Assembly (NCBI RefSeq): GCF_006345805.1
Contig: NW_021837043.1
Location: 1 to 64,000 of the forward strand
DNA from: Octopus sinensis
Lineage: Eukaryota
Direction of reading: 5' to 3'
DNA length: 64,000 nucleotides
The translations under genes and the position numbers were made by a program. How positions within the stretch are numbered: position 1 is the stretch's first letter; each line of letters opens with the position of its first letter. Positions 1-13,070 of the stretch are shown one piece after another. Below the pieces are notes generated by a model that saw only the letters and a program-made list of their open reading frames with translations, was not told where the DNA came from and searched no databases.

Positions 1-728
1 GTCGAACCCTTCTACTGTGTAAGAATCTAAGAAATGTTTTCATGGCAGAAATAATTGCAAGAGCTTCTTTTACATTTGACTGTAATTTTTCTCTAGTGGT
101 AGCAGAGAATGTGAGGCATGAAAATTAAGAATTTTAAACATATAGGCGCAGGAGTGGCTGTGTGGTAAGTAGCTTGCTTACCAACAACATGGTTCTGGGT
201 TCAGTCCCACTGCGGGGCACCTTGGGCAAGTGTCTTCTACTATAGCCTTGGGCCGACCAATGCCTTGTGAGTGGATTTGGTAGACGGAAACTGAAAGAAG
301 CCCGTCGTATATATATATTATATATATATATATACGTATGTGTGTGTCTGTGTTTGTGCCCCCCCCCCAACATCGCTTGACAACTGATGCTAGCATGGGT
401 TGGACGGTTTGACTGAGGACTGGCAAACCAGATGGCTGCACCAGGCTCCAATCTTGATCTGGCAGAGTTTCTACGGCTGGATGCCCTTCCTAACACCAAC
501 CACTCCGAGAGTGTAGTGGGTGCTTTTACATGCCACTGGCACGAGGGCCAGTCAGGCAGTACTGGCAACGGCCATGCTCAAATGGTGTTTTTTACATGCC
601 ACTTGCACAGGAGCCAGTCCAGCGGCACTGGCAACAATCTTGCTTGAATGTTTTTTCACATGTCACCAGCACAAGTGTCAGTAAGGCAACGCTGGTAATG
701 ATCACGCTCGAATGGTGCTTTTTATGTG

Positions 729-1635
729 TAAAGCAGTCTCCACTGTGATCAAGAGCTTTGATGAATTCCTTCATTACACCAAGTTTCAACACAGGTTTTG
801 CAAACTTTGTGGGGAGCCCAAGTTTTGTCCTGGTCTCCAAGCTACAAATCATCATCATCATCATCATCATCGTTTAACGTCCGTTCTCCATGCTAGCATG
901 GGTTGGACGGTTCGACCGGGGATCTGGGAAGCCAGAAGGCTGCACCAGGCTCCAGTCTGATCTGGCAGTGTTTCTACAGCTGGATGCCCTTCCTAACGCC
1001 AACCACTCTGTGAGTGTAGTGGGTACATTTTACGTGCCACCTGCACAGGTGCCAGGCGAGGCTGGCAACTGCCACGATCAGATTGGTGCATTTTACATGC
1101 CAATGGCACGGAAGCCAGTCAAGGTAGCGCTGGCATCGGCCACGATTCGGATGGTGCTTTTTATGTGCCACCGGCACAGAAGCCAATCAAGGCGGCGCTG
1201 GCATCGGCTACGATTCGGATAGTGCTTTTTATGTGCCACCGGCACAGAGACAAAATTATTAGTGGTACACCTTTGAACCTGTGGAATGAAGTTTCCACAG
1301 GTGTAACAGAAAATATCAGGGTCATTACAGTACATCCTTCTTTTTGATGTTGTATCCATAATTAGATCATAGTGGCTCAGCTCACACCTGAAAAGACTCA
1401 GCTTGAACATATTATTCAAAATTAGCATGACAATCAAACAAAAATTCTTGCAAACAGTGGTGTAAAGTTAATTTTTGGTAGGCTCCAGGTAAATAAAGAT
1501 ATATACCGATGACACAAAAATGTGATTTGATAGAGCAAATCTGAGGTCAGTTTTGGAATCAGCATCCGAAAATTAGTCTGACGCGGCTCTAAGATTTTAT
1601 GTTAGAAAATAAAAGTTTTATTTTGTTGACCAGTG
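729..1635 (-). mobile_element. Chapaev3-like (CMC) DNA transposon remnant interrupted by a SINE
   Basis: Terminus CACTGGTCAACAA at 1635 (minus). Transposase fragments MYCNDPDIFCYTCG (1093-1437 ORF) and KLGVMKEFIKALDHSGDCF (592-870 ORF). Confidence 0.65.
848..1245 (-). mobile_element. Retroposon family D with (GAT)n tail, representative copy
   Basis: Shared core GTTGGCGTTAGGAAGGGCATCCAGC, internal tandem subrepeats, tail AAACGATGATGAT. Other copies approx. 386-730, 14265-14620, 22398-22716, 28572-28760, 36740-37200, 37878-38185, 41880-42060, 45340-45569, 47320-47500. Confidence 0.8.
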
Positions 1636-2429
1636 TCATTCACAACAGAAGATGAGAACAAAAAGAAAAATGAGAACTGTTGGTGTTGTTTTATCCCAAT
1701 TGATGACATCCAACTACATCCTGCTTAAGAACAATGTAGCATTATATCAGAAAGTTGTTTGAAATGTTTTTCAAATGTCATTTCCTAGACAGGAAATATA
1801 GTTATTATGTTTTTAAAGAACAGACTACCTAAAGGAAGAGATCCCATAAGTAGATAATTCAGGTCTATGTAGGTTTTTTAAATCTTTTACTTGTTTCAGT
1901 AATTTGGTTCAGCTAAACAAATTGATTCTGGCACGCATATATTGTTTTGAAGCCTGGTACTTAATCTACCAGTCTCTTCAGCAGAACTGCTAAGTTACAG
2001 GGATGTAAACAAACCAACACTGGTTGTCAAATGCTAATGGGGGACAAATACAACACAACACACACACAGACCTAAAAGCTCCACGAGGCTCCGGCAGGGG
2101 GTGGTGATCCCTGCTGTACTCTTTCACCACTCTTTCTGCCACTCTTTCTTCTGTTGGTCTGCTCGCTTAGCCAGCGGGGTGGCGTCATTTGAAGACTAAA
2201 ACAATGCGAACGCATTGTGACCAGCGATATGTAACTACATCTGATGGACTGGTCGGTCACGTGATCCCGTGATATATATATATATATATTTACCATGTGA
2301 ACTATGATGAAAAAATTGAGAAAGATGTGGTATATATATATATATATTTTTGTGTGCAGGGGTTCCTTGAGCCATGTAATTTATTTTAAGGGTTATACAA
2401 GGATAAAAAAAGTTGGGAAACACTGTTGA

Positions 2430-3326
2430 AAAGATTAGAAGAATTGAAGCAACGGAGAACTATATCAGGTATTTAGAAGAGAAACTATATCAGATAGTTT
2501 ACTTGGCAAGGGTGAAGCAGATTGTAGGAGGTTTGTGAACGTTTGATAACATGAGGATTAGAGGCACGAAGTGTTCCAGATTACGAGATAGTGTATTAGA
2601 GGGTATCAAGGTGTTGTGCATGAGAAGTGTGTATGGATGGATAATAACATGTTTTCACTTAGTGCTTATGAAAAGAAAGAGACTTGGAAGTGCTATGATG
2701 AAAGGCTAATAAATGTGCCGATGATTAGAAGAGGACTGAGAACCAATCTCTAGTGAACTCCTACCTATATACTAAATTAATTGCTGTACTTGTTACTAAA
2801 TCAATTTACTGACAGCACCTCTCTATGTCACTTGTATGAGTCTCATAAACCATTCATTTACTCCTAGTGTCCTCCCCTCTATGTTTAGCCCCTTGTGGGC
2901 AATAAAGAAATATAATAAATGTGCCGACTGAATATGCCCTTCCTGATACCAACCGTTCTGTAGAGTGGACTGAGAGCTTCTTACTTGGTACTCACACAGG
3001 CAAGGTCAGCTTTGGTGTGGTTTTTATTATTAGCTGGATGCCCTTCCAAATGAAAACCACTTTACAGTGTGGACTGGGTGCTTTTTAAGTGACACCAGCA
3101 CTGGTAGGGTCAGCAAGTGACTTTGCAAGACAAAGGGTCTTTGAGAGGGGAGGGAGCTTTGGAGAAGGGGGGGGTCTTGTGTCAGATGATGAAAGATTAG
3201 AGTGTGACAGAGAGGTAGAAACAGATGTCTTGCTGTAGAGGAAGTCTATGATATTATCCAGCCAGAGAGCAGGAGAGAGAGAGGGGGGGGAGAGAGAGAG
3301 AGAGAGAGGGGGAGAGAGAGAGGAAG

Positions 3327-3393
<67 letters not shown>

Positions 3394-5460
3394 TTATCCC
3401 AATGTGGCCCCCAAAGAAGGCAGCTATTCTTGTAGACAGCATTGTGATAGATAAAACATTTCAGAATATGAAAGCAAAGAATGCCTCTGATTTTGAGCAA
3501 TTTCTGCTGAGATGCATAAAATATCTGGTGATATACTGTGTAGCCATTTGTTAAGTCAATCAAGTTGTGCAGCAAGGTAAGCATTGCAGCATTATCGTCA
3601 ACCGTTTCAAAGGTAAAGGAGATGTCTAACAGAGAAGCAATTATATAGAGCTATCAGTGGTTTGATTAAACTGTTGCGCCAAGTATAGCTTACGTTAGAT
3701 GCAATTTGATTTTGTGCCAGAGAATACTACTGCTACCCTTTACATAGTAAAGCAACTGTAGAAGTATTTAACTGAAAGTAAGCCAATTATACTTAACATT
3801 TGTTGACTAGAGAAAGCGTTCAACAGAGTTCCTCACTCTGTGATCTGCTGCTCATTGAGGAAACTAGGAGTAAATGAATGGTTTATGAGACTCATACAAG
3901 TGACATAGAGAGGTGCTGTCAGTAAAATTGATTAGTAACAAGTACAGCAATGAATTTAGAATATAGGTAGGAGTTCACTAGAGATTGGTTCTCAGTCCTC
4001 TTCTATTCATCGTACTTTTCCAGGCCATAACAGAGGAGTTTAAAACAGGTTGCCCATGGGAATTACAATATGCTCATTACCTTAGTCTTATTGCTGAATC
4101 TGTTGTAGAATTAGAAAAGAAATTCCAGGCATGGAAGCAAAATCTGGAATGAAAAGCCTTAATGTTAACTTAGCAAAGACTGAAGTTTTAGTAATCAGGA
4201 AAATAATTAGAACACTACAACCTTCTGGAGAATGGTCTTGCTTTGAGTGTAGAAAATGTGTAGGTAGAAATTTCATACAGTGAATTCAGGGCAAACTATG
4301 AACACACAAGAGGTGTGTTACTCTGGATACAAGAGGCAAGTTAACAGTGAAAATATCCTTGTATGTGGCAAATGCACAGATACAATAAACATTAAGAACA
4401 CATGAGATATAGAATTTTTTTAATATCCAGACGGCTCCCTAGAGATAGTAGATACTTTTAATGTTATCTAGGAGACCTGGTTAGCAGAGGAGGAGGATGT
4501 ACTGAGAGTGTAGTTGCTAGTATAAGAACAGGGTGGAGAGAGTTCAGAGAGTTATTACTTCCGTTGGTAACAAAAGGTTTCTTTCAGAGGGAAAGGCAAA
4601 CTATGATGATTGTGTATGGATAGCAAGGCTACATGGTAGTGCGATATGGGCCTTGAATGCAGGGATCTTGTGAAAACTAGAAAGAAATGAAGCAAGCATG
4701 CTCTACTACATGTGTAGTGTCTGTGTACATGAGCATTGGTGATGTACGAGGGGTGTATGAAAATTTTTGAGCCTAACCTAGAAACAGGGCTGCTAGGTAG
4801 CTGAAACAATTTCTTCTGGTAAGTACAGTCTTTTCGGAGTATTCATGCTCATTTTCATGATTCTGATATTTAAATCCATGAAGATATGGTGAGAACCTTA
4901 ACAGACAATGCTACTTCATATGCAACAGTCAAACGCTGGGTAAATGAATTCCAGTGTGATAGGGAGAGTGTAGAAGATGATCCCACACCAGGGAGGCCTC
5001 CAACTGCAACCATTGAGGACAACATTGACCTTGCTCTTGGTATAATAATGCAAGATCGTCAAATATCATGTTGCCAGATAGCTGAGAGACTGGACATCTC
5101 AAATGAAAAAGCAGACAACATTGTGACAAAAGAACTTGGGTTCTCAAAGGTTTCCGCTAGGTGGGTCCCTTGCCTTTTGACTCCTGAACGGAAACGCACC
5201 AGGTGCATTTTGTCCACGAGCAAACTGGAACTGTTTGAAGCCGATGAAGAGAATTTTCTTGCTCATTTTATTACTATGGACAGCTGTATAAAGACTTGCT
5301 AGTCACTTAAGGTGGATGGAATTTGTGAAAGGAGACTCAGGAAGACATGGCGCAAAGTATTGAAGGCTGATCTCAAGATGTTGAGCCTTATAGAGGAGGT
5401 ATCAAAGCACTGATGTGATTGACAGTAATACACTGCACTCTAGAAGATAGATCTGTCATG
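2430..5460 (+). mobile_element. Degraded RTE-clade LINE with nested insertions
   Basis: Decayed RT motifs: QF.F.P.....(IV)KQL.EKY...FVDLEKAF.RVP (3700-3840) and PWEL.YA..L (~4050-4085, YADD region). Many stops and frameshifts; boundaries approximate. Confidence 0.7.
4745..5281 (+). mobile_element. 3'-truncated mariner element
   Basis: TACGAGGGG terminus. ORF 4886-5302 has TVKRW..EF, GRP, SARWVP.LLT and FITMD (first catalytic D), then breaks off back into the LINE. Confidence 0.85.
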
Positions 5461-5671
5461 TAAAACTGAGGTCCTAAAAGCATTATAGTTATGTTTCTAC
5501 ACCTAAATGGACCGGCACCAAATTTGTTGGTTAAGGTTAAGTCTTCTCCATCTTCTCAATTTTCTAGCATTCATTTCTCCCATCACATTTCTCATTAATG
5601 CATTATTCTGCAACTGTAATTAAATGGGAACAGAACTACATATTTCATCCCCTTTCTGAGTCATCAGTTAA

Positions 5672-5705
<34 letters not shown>

Positions 5706-5729
5706 CTATCTGTCTGTCTGTCTATTTAT

Positions 5730-5819
<90 letters not shown>

Positions 5820-6126
5820 GTGTGTGTCTCTCACTCCTGGGAACCAATTACTTTTGATGCCCATTTGTTATTTGCAATCTCCCCACCACCACCACCACCA
5901 CACTTATTTTCTACTGATCACCCTTTCTGTGCCACAATTTATCACTCCCTTTCCCAAGAATTAGATCCTGTTCACCTCATTCTTGAAGCTATCTCGTATC
6001 TGCCATTGACCTCCCGACGGACTTGGATAAAATTTCTGCTTGGAAACGGAAGAAGAGAAGAAGAAGAAGAAGAAGAAGAAGAAGAAGAAGAAGAAAAAGA
6101 AGAAGAAGAAGAAGAAGAAGGAAGAA

Positions 6127-6157
<31 letters not shown>

Positions 6158-6507
6158 AAGAAGAAGAAGGCGATGATGCAGAAGAAGAAGAAGAAGAAGA
6201 AGTTATTTTTCAATGTTGCTAAACGGTAACACCAAAGTTTACTTATTTCTTAATGTTACACTATAATCCCCACATCAACACCACTCTTTTATGTCACAAA
6301 ACACTTACTGTTTTAAGCAGGCTTTCAGACTTACATCAGTTAATTTACATCAACATGAGAAGCAGGCACATAAGGATTGTTTTTCATTTTATACTAAAAC
6401 TTGCAAACGTTTTAGTTTGTGCATATTTGATAAAGAAAGTAATTCACATCATGCATTGCGATACTTCCTTGTAATTCTTTTATTTCTGAAAGTAGGATCT
6501 GTTCATG

Positions 6508-6547
<40 letters not shown>

Positions 6548-6914
6548 GAAAAATATAAACTGGGACAAGAACGTAAAACATTTAGAAGACGATACAAAAA
6601 ACACGGATGGGACATTCGAAGCCTTCAATCTTCAGTCAAGAACCGGATCATCCTAGAATTTCGGCTGATTAATCTTGAGATCGCTCCGATCCGGCCAGCC
6701 CCAAAGAAAAACTAAGCTACGAGCATTAGATTTCTTGGAAGAAGGATCGAATGTATACGAAACAGGGACAGAAAAACGGACGATGCCACACGAATATAAA
6801 ATACAAAAAACAATAATGGTAAAAACAGGACAATATATATATATATATATATATATACGGAGATGTACTTGCATAGCAAGTGATTTGATCTGAGATCATG
6901 TGCTGAAACGGAAA

Positions 6915-7192
6915 CAATTGCAGCGTGGAAGGTGTTTGTAAGCCATTTAAGAAACACACAAAAGCCGTTCGATTCACTTCAACATTTAAGTTTAATTTGT
7001 CAAAATATTTTCGTCGCTTTAAGACCGCGACCTGTTCACTGAGATGCAGCACGGATTTTTGTCAGTGAACAGGTCGTGTCTTAAAGCGACGAAAATATTT
7101 GACAAATTAAACTTAAAGTGAAGTGAGTGAATCGAACGGCTTTTGTGTGTTTCTTAAATGGCTTACAAACACACCTTCCACGCTGCAATTGT
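6915..7192. repeat. Inverted repeat (~127-bp arms) of a Penelope-like terminal repeat carrying hammerhead-like motifs
   Basis: 6915-7042 mirrors 7062-7192; a further copy of the family lies at ~42604-42720. The Penelope assignment is inference. Confidence 0.6.
7061..7106 (+). ncRNA. Putative minimal hammerhead ribozyme, G3-C8 core variant
   Basis: TTTGTCA-GTGAACA-G-GTCGT...GCGAC-GAAA-ATATT-TGACAAA; the mirror copy on the minus strand (~6997-7042) has the full GTCGC/GCGAC stem. Confidence 0.5.
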
Positions 7193-7613
7193 TTATATAT
7201 ATATCTTTTTTCTCTTTTTCTTTTTACTTGTTTCAGTCATTTGACTGCGGCCATGCTGGAGCACTGCCTTTTAGTCAAGCAAATCGACCCTGGGACTTAT
7301 TCTTTGTAAGCCCAGTACTTATTCTATCGGTCTCTTTTTGCTGAACTGCTAAGTGACAGGGACGAAAACACACCAGCATCGGTTGTCAAGCAATGCTAGG
7401 GAGACATACACAAAACAACACACAGACACACATATATATATACTATATACGACAGGCTTCTTTCAGTTTCCGTCTACCAAATCCACTCACAAGGCATTGG
7501 TCGGCCTGGGGCTTATAGCAGAAGACACGCCCAAGATGCCACGCAGTGGGACTGAACCCGGAACCATGTGGTTGGTTAGCAAGCTACTTACCACACAACA
7601 CTCCTGCACCTAT

Positions 7614-7662
<49 letters not shown>

Positions 7663-8301
7663 GTCTGGGGAGTGTCATTTTCTTTTTGTGCCTTATAATT
7701 TAACACACTCACCAGTAAAATTTCCACTTATTTCTTATTTTTATTTTCCTAAAATTTTCGTTGCATCATTGCAACCTTTTCAATAAGAAATAAGTGGAAA
7801 TTTTACCGATGAGTGTGTTAAATTATGAGGCACAAAAAGAAAATGACTCTCCCCAGACACAACAGAATATGCTTCAACACACGAACTCATATAAAGAATC
7901 TTGCAAACCAAATCCCAAAACGAAAAATATCTATATATCATCAGCATCAACATCATCATTGTTTAATGTCTTCCTTCACCATGCTGGCATGGGTTGGATG
8001 ATTTGACAGGAGCTTGTGCCATGCTTCTGTGTCTGTTTTGGCATGCTTTTACAGCTGGATGCCCTTCCAAATGCAACCACTTTACAGTGTGGACTGGGTG
8101 CTTTTTAAGTGACACCAGTACTTGTAGGGTCACCAAGTGACTTTGCAAGACAAAGGGTCTTTGAGAGGGGAGGTAGCTTTGGAGGAGGTGGGGTCTTGTG
8201 TCAGAAGATGAAAGATTAGAGTGTGATAGAGAGGTAGAATCAGATGTCTTGCTATAGAGGAAGTCTATGATTACCCAGCCAGAGAGCAGGAAAGAGGAGT
8301 G

Positions 8302-8339
<38 letters not shown>

Positions 8340-8780
8340 GAGAGAGAGTGAGAGAGAGACAGAGAGAGGGGAGAGAGAGAGGAAGAGAGGGAGAGAAAGT
8401 GAGTGAGAGTTAATAAGAATGGGGCAGAAACAATTACCTTGAGAGAGATTGGGAGTTAACAAGAAAGAGGTGTGCTGCTGTAAAGGAGATACATGGTTAC
8501 CTAGCCAGAGGGGAGAGCAAGGGGAGGAGGAGAAAGAGAGTAGGAGAAAGAGAGTAGGAGATAGCAAGGGCATGATGGAGATGGCAGCAAGTGCCAGGGT
8601 ATACGTGCAAAGAATGAGGATCAGGGCATAGATGGGATGGCAGAGTAAAGAAGAGAAGATAAATGGTGACAGGTGCCTGGCAGGGTATTGCTAAAGAGTC
8701 AGGAGTCGGGAGTGGGGGTGGAGAATGTGTGAAAGATTTATTGTTATGTAACATGTATATATATATATATATATATATAT

Positions 8781-9170
8781 CATAGGCGTAGGAGTGGCTG
8801 TGTGGTAAATAGTTTGCTTACCAACGACATGGTTCCGGGTTCAGTCCCACTGCGTGGCACCTTGGGCAAGTGTCTTCTACTATAGCCTTGGGCCAACCAA
8901 AGCCTTGTGAGTGGATTTGGTAGACGGAAACTGAAAGAAGCCCGTCGTATATATGTATATATATGTGCGTGTGTATTTGTCCCCCTAGCATTGCTTGACA
9001 CCGATGCTGGTGTGTTTATGTCCCCGTCACTTAGCGGTTCGGCAAAAGAGACCGATAGAACAAGTACTGGGGTACGATGAATAAGTCCGGGGTCGAGTTG
9101 CTCGATTAAGGGTGGTGCTCCAGCATGGCCGCAGTCAAATGACTGAAACAAGTAAAAGAGTAAAAGAGTA
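8781..9170 (+). mobile_element. tRNA-derived SINE family A (CORE-like), representative copy
   Basis: A box TGGCTGTGTGG, B box GGTTCAGTCC, CORE-like ACCTTGGGCAAGT, internal (TA)n and (GTAAAAGA)n tail. Other copies approx. 139-390+, 7213-7612-, 11441-11828-, 13245-13706+, 15215-15632-, 19150-19550+, 24946-25398-, 26591-26986+, 33414-33557+, 40980-41400-, 51665-52128-, 58274-58700-. Confidence 0.85.
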
Positions 9171-9745
9171 TATCTGTGTGACGATAGCCAATGAGAATGC
9201 ATTGTAGCTCTTAGCTCCGGCATTTGAAATTCTGAGTCCTGTTACGAAAACTTACTGATCGTCCTAAACTACACACACACACATACATACAAAGATAGAT
9301 GTATGTATAGCTATCAATCTATTTATCTATCTATCTGTATATATATGTGTGTATATATGTAATTCACACGCATACACACACAGTATATACATACATATGT
9401 ACATGCATATATATGTGTGTGTGAATGTATGTATATATGCATATACATATACATATACACTCATATACGTACATCTCAATACTGTTGATATCCCAACACC
9501 CATTGCCCCACTGCTTTCCATCTTTACACCCCTGCCAGAAGATTGGTTTGCATCACAGTTCCTGCTGCAGCTAAAGTGTTGATCTAATTCTGATAATGTA
9601 GATCAAGGCTAAACAGGAAGTATAGCTTTGCTAAGAAATACTTGCAGATATTTCTCTGAAAAAAGTCCTGTTTGGTATTATATTTCTGCTGTAAACATCT
9701 AACAAACTCACTCCCCATTTACACACGGTTAACAAAATTCCATCA

Positions 9746-10209
9746 AGGAGTGGCTGTGTGGTAAGTAGCTTGCTTGCAAACCACATGGTTCCGGGTTCAG
9801 TCCCACTGCGTGGCGCCTTGGGCAAGTGTCTTCTACTATAGCCTCGGGCCGACCAAAGCCTTGTGGGTGGATTTGGTAGACGGAAACTGAAAGAAGCCTG
9901 TCGTATATATATATATATATAATATATAATAAAACATATATATATATATATATATATATAATATGATATATATATATATAATATATATATATTAGATATT
10001 ATATATATACTATATATATATATATTTATTATATATTATACGCAGGTGTGGCTGTGTGGTAAGTAGCTTGCTTACCACAACCACATGGTTCCGGGTTCAG
10101 TCCCACTGCGTGGCACCTGGGCAAGTGTCTTCTACTATAGCCTCGGGCCGACCAAAGCCTGTGAGTGGATTTGGTAGACGGAAACTGAAAGAAGCTGTCG
10201 TATATATGT

Positions 10210-10253
<44 letters not shown>

Positions 10254-11233
10254 GCAGGAGTGGCTGTGTGGTAAGTAGCTTGCTTACCAACCACATGGTT
10301 CCGGGTTGAGCCCCACTGCGTGGCACTTGGGCAAGTGTCTTCTACTATAGCCGCGGGCCGACCAAAGCCTGTGGGTGGATTTGGTAGACGGAAACTGAAA
10401 GAAGCCCGTCGTATATATGTATATATATATATATATAGCAGAGAGTGGCTGTGTGGTAAGTAGCTTGCTTAACAACCAATGGTTCCGGGTTCAGTCCCAC
10501 TGCGTGGCACTTGGGCAAGTGTTCTTCTACTATAGCCGCGGGCCGACCAAAGCCTTGTGGGTGGATTTGGTAGACGGAAACTGAAAGAAGCCGTCGTATA
10601 TATGTATATATATATATATATAGCAGAGTGGCTGTGTGGTAAGTAGCTTGCTTAACAACCACATGGTTCCGGGTCAGTCCCACTGCGTGGCACCTTGGGC
10701 AAGTGTCTTCTACTATAGCCGCGGGCCGACCAAAGCCTGTGAGTGGATTTGGTAGACGGAAACTGAAAGAAGCCTGTCGTATATATGTATGTTATTATAT
10801 ATATTATATATATATATATATATTACACATATATGCAGGAGTGGCTGTGTGGTAAGTAGCTTGCTTACCAACCACATGGTTCTGGGTTGAGCCCCACTGC
10901 GTGGCACCTTGGGCAAGTGTCTTCTACTATAGCCTCGGGCCAACTAAAGCCTTGTGAGTGGATTTGGTAGACGGAAACTGAAAGAAGCCCGTCGTATATA
11001 TGTATATATATATATATATATATGTGCGTGTGTGTTTGTCCCCCTAGCATTGCTTGACAACCGATGCTGGTGTGTTTACGTCCCCCGTTACTTAGCGGCT
11101 TGGCAAAAGAGGCCGATAGAATAAGTACTGGGCTTACAAAAGAATAAGTCCCGGGGTTGAGTTGCTCGATTAAATGCGGTGCTCCAGCATGGCCGCAGTC
11201 AAATGACTGAAACAAGTAAAAGAGAAAGAGAGA
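9746..11233 (+). mobile_element. Family A SINE with six tandem 5' halves and one 3' half
   Basis: Heads restart near 9746, 10040, 10250, 10440, 10620 and 10835, separated by (TA)n tracts. Confidence 0.85.
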
Positions 11234-11651
11234 GTTTGGTATTATATTTCTGCTGTAAACATCCAACAAGCTCCCCATTTACACACTGTTAACAAAATTC
11301 CATCAACAGCTTTGATAGTCGTTTTATGTTTGTGTAAAGACTGCATAAATAACTCTTTTAGCCATTGAACTGTGATTATGCTGGGACGCCACCACCACCA
11401 CTTGATACATTTGATAACCATATTGGTGTGTTTACATCCTCTTTACTCTTTTACTTGTTTCAGTCATTTGACTGCGGCCATGCTGGAGCACCGCCTTTAG
11501 TTGAGCAAATCGACCCCCCCGGGACTTATTATTTTGTAAGCCTAGTACTTATTCTATCGGTCGCTTTTTGCCGAACCGCTAAGTGACGGGGACGTAAACA
11601 TACCAGCATCGGTTGTCAAGCAATGCTAGGGGGACAAACACAGACACACAA

Positions 11652-11684
<33 letters not shown>

Positions 11685-11829
11685 CGATGGGCTTCTTTCA
11701 GTTTCCGTCTACCAAATCCACTCACAAGGCTTTTGTTGGCCCGAGGCTATAGTAGAAGACACTTGCCCAAGGTGCCGGAACCCGGAACCATGTGGTTGGT
11801 AAACAAGCTACTTACCACACAGCCACTCA

Positions 11830-12270
11830 CATCCTCTTAGAATAAGCCTGTACGAAAATTTTGAAGTCTGTATATGCATCCTTGGTAAATCCTCCACGCT
11901 AATCCATAATGATTTTTTGTAATATGTATCCGTTATTTTATCTTGCATTCCATATGTGATTCACAGATGTAGAAAAAGTGTAAAGTATGACTATACACAC
12001 TTCAATATTTTCGAATTCTATTTTTAGAATATGAATGGATATATGGAAAGGGTGTTTTTTTTTATTGAAATATAAATTAAAAACTACTATCTTTGATTTG
12101 CGTAGGTAATTTTTAACATCTGCTTTGCTTCCTCCTTTATGGATAGGGCATACCATTCATTCCTTCAGTTTGTCTGGGAGCTTACCACTTGTGAAAAAGC
12201 TCTGAAAAAGAAGCTGCAGTGGTTTTGCAAGGGTTCATTTGCTCAATTTGAGGATTACTGGGAATCCATC
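11830..12270 (-). mobile_element. CR1/L2-like LINE fragment
   Basis: VCPIHKGGSKADVKNY (pre-RT V.PI.K.G....NY motif) and an AYTDF-like segment; decayed. Confidence 0.5.
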
Positions 12271-13021
12271 AGGGCTAGCAACCAAGTTTGTGTCGACCTC
12301 ATCTATGGCCAGTGCAACATCTTATTTAATGTTGATGTAATCTATTTTCACCTTTTTGGTTACAGGTAAAGTGGCAAGGAATCCTGCTGGTTTGTTCACT
12401 TGCCTGTGTCCCAGAGGAGTGGTAAACACCCTTTGGATCGATTGATCGATCCATTGATCGATCGATCGATCGATCCATCCATCCATCGATCCATCCAACC
12501 ATCCATCCATCCATCCATACATACATACATACATCCATACATACATACATACATACATACATACATACATACATACATACATACATACATACATACATAC
12601 ATACATACATACATACATACATACATGTATAAGGCAAAAAAAAAAAGAGCAGAAAATGCTAAAATAATTTTATCATCAAGTACATTTTGGTACTGGTTTC
12701 TATCATTTAGACTTTTTCAATTAAGTGTGAAATAAGAAAAAAAAACAATTAAATTGGAGAAAAAAAAAATTAATTGAAATGGTTTGTAAATATTTCCATA
12801 GTCTTCAGATAGTCTGTCTGTCTGTTTCTCTCTTCCTTTGTGAATGTTTAGGTAGTAGTAAATTTACTACTACCTGCCTACTAAGCATTTACAAATGAAG
12901 AAAGAGAGAGACAGAGAGACAGACAGACTATCTGAAGACTATGAAAATATTTACCTATTTAAAGACTATGGAAATATTTACAATTATACATATCAACTTG
13001 TGTGTTACCTTACTACCTTCT

Positions 13022-13070
<49 letters not shown>

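Noticed and set aside
134-568. Many ORFs sharing RRASFSFRLPNPLTR... or [11 protein letters not shown] peptides
   Set aside because: They are translations of multicopy SINEs, not genes.
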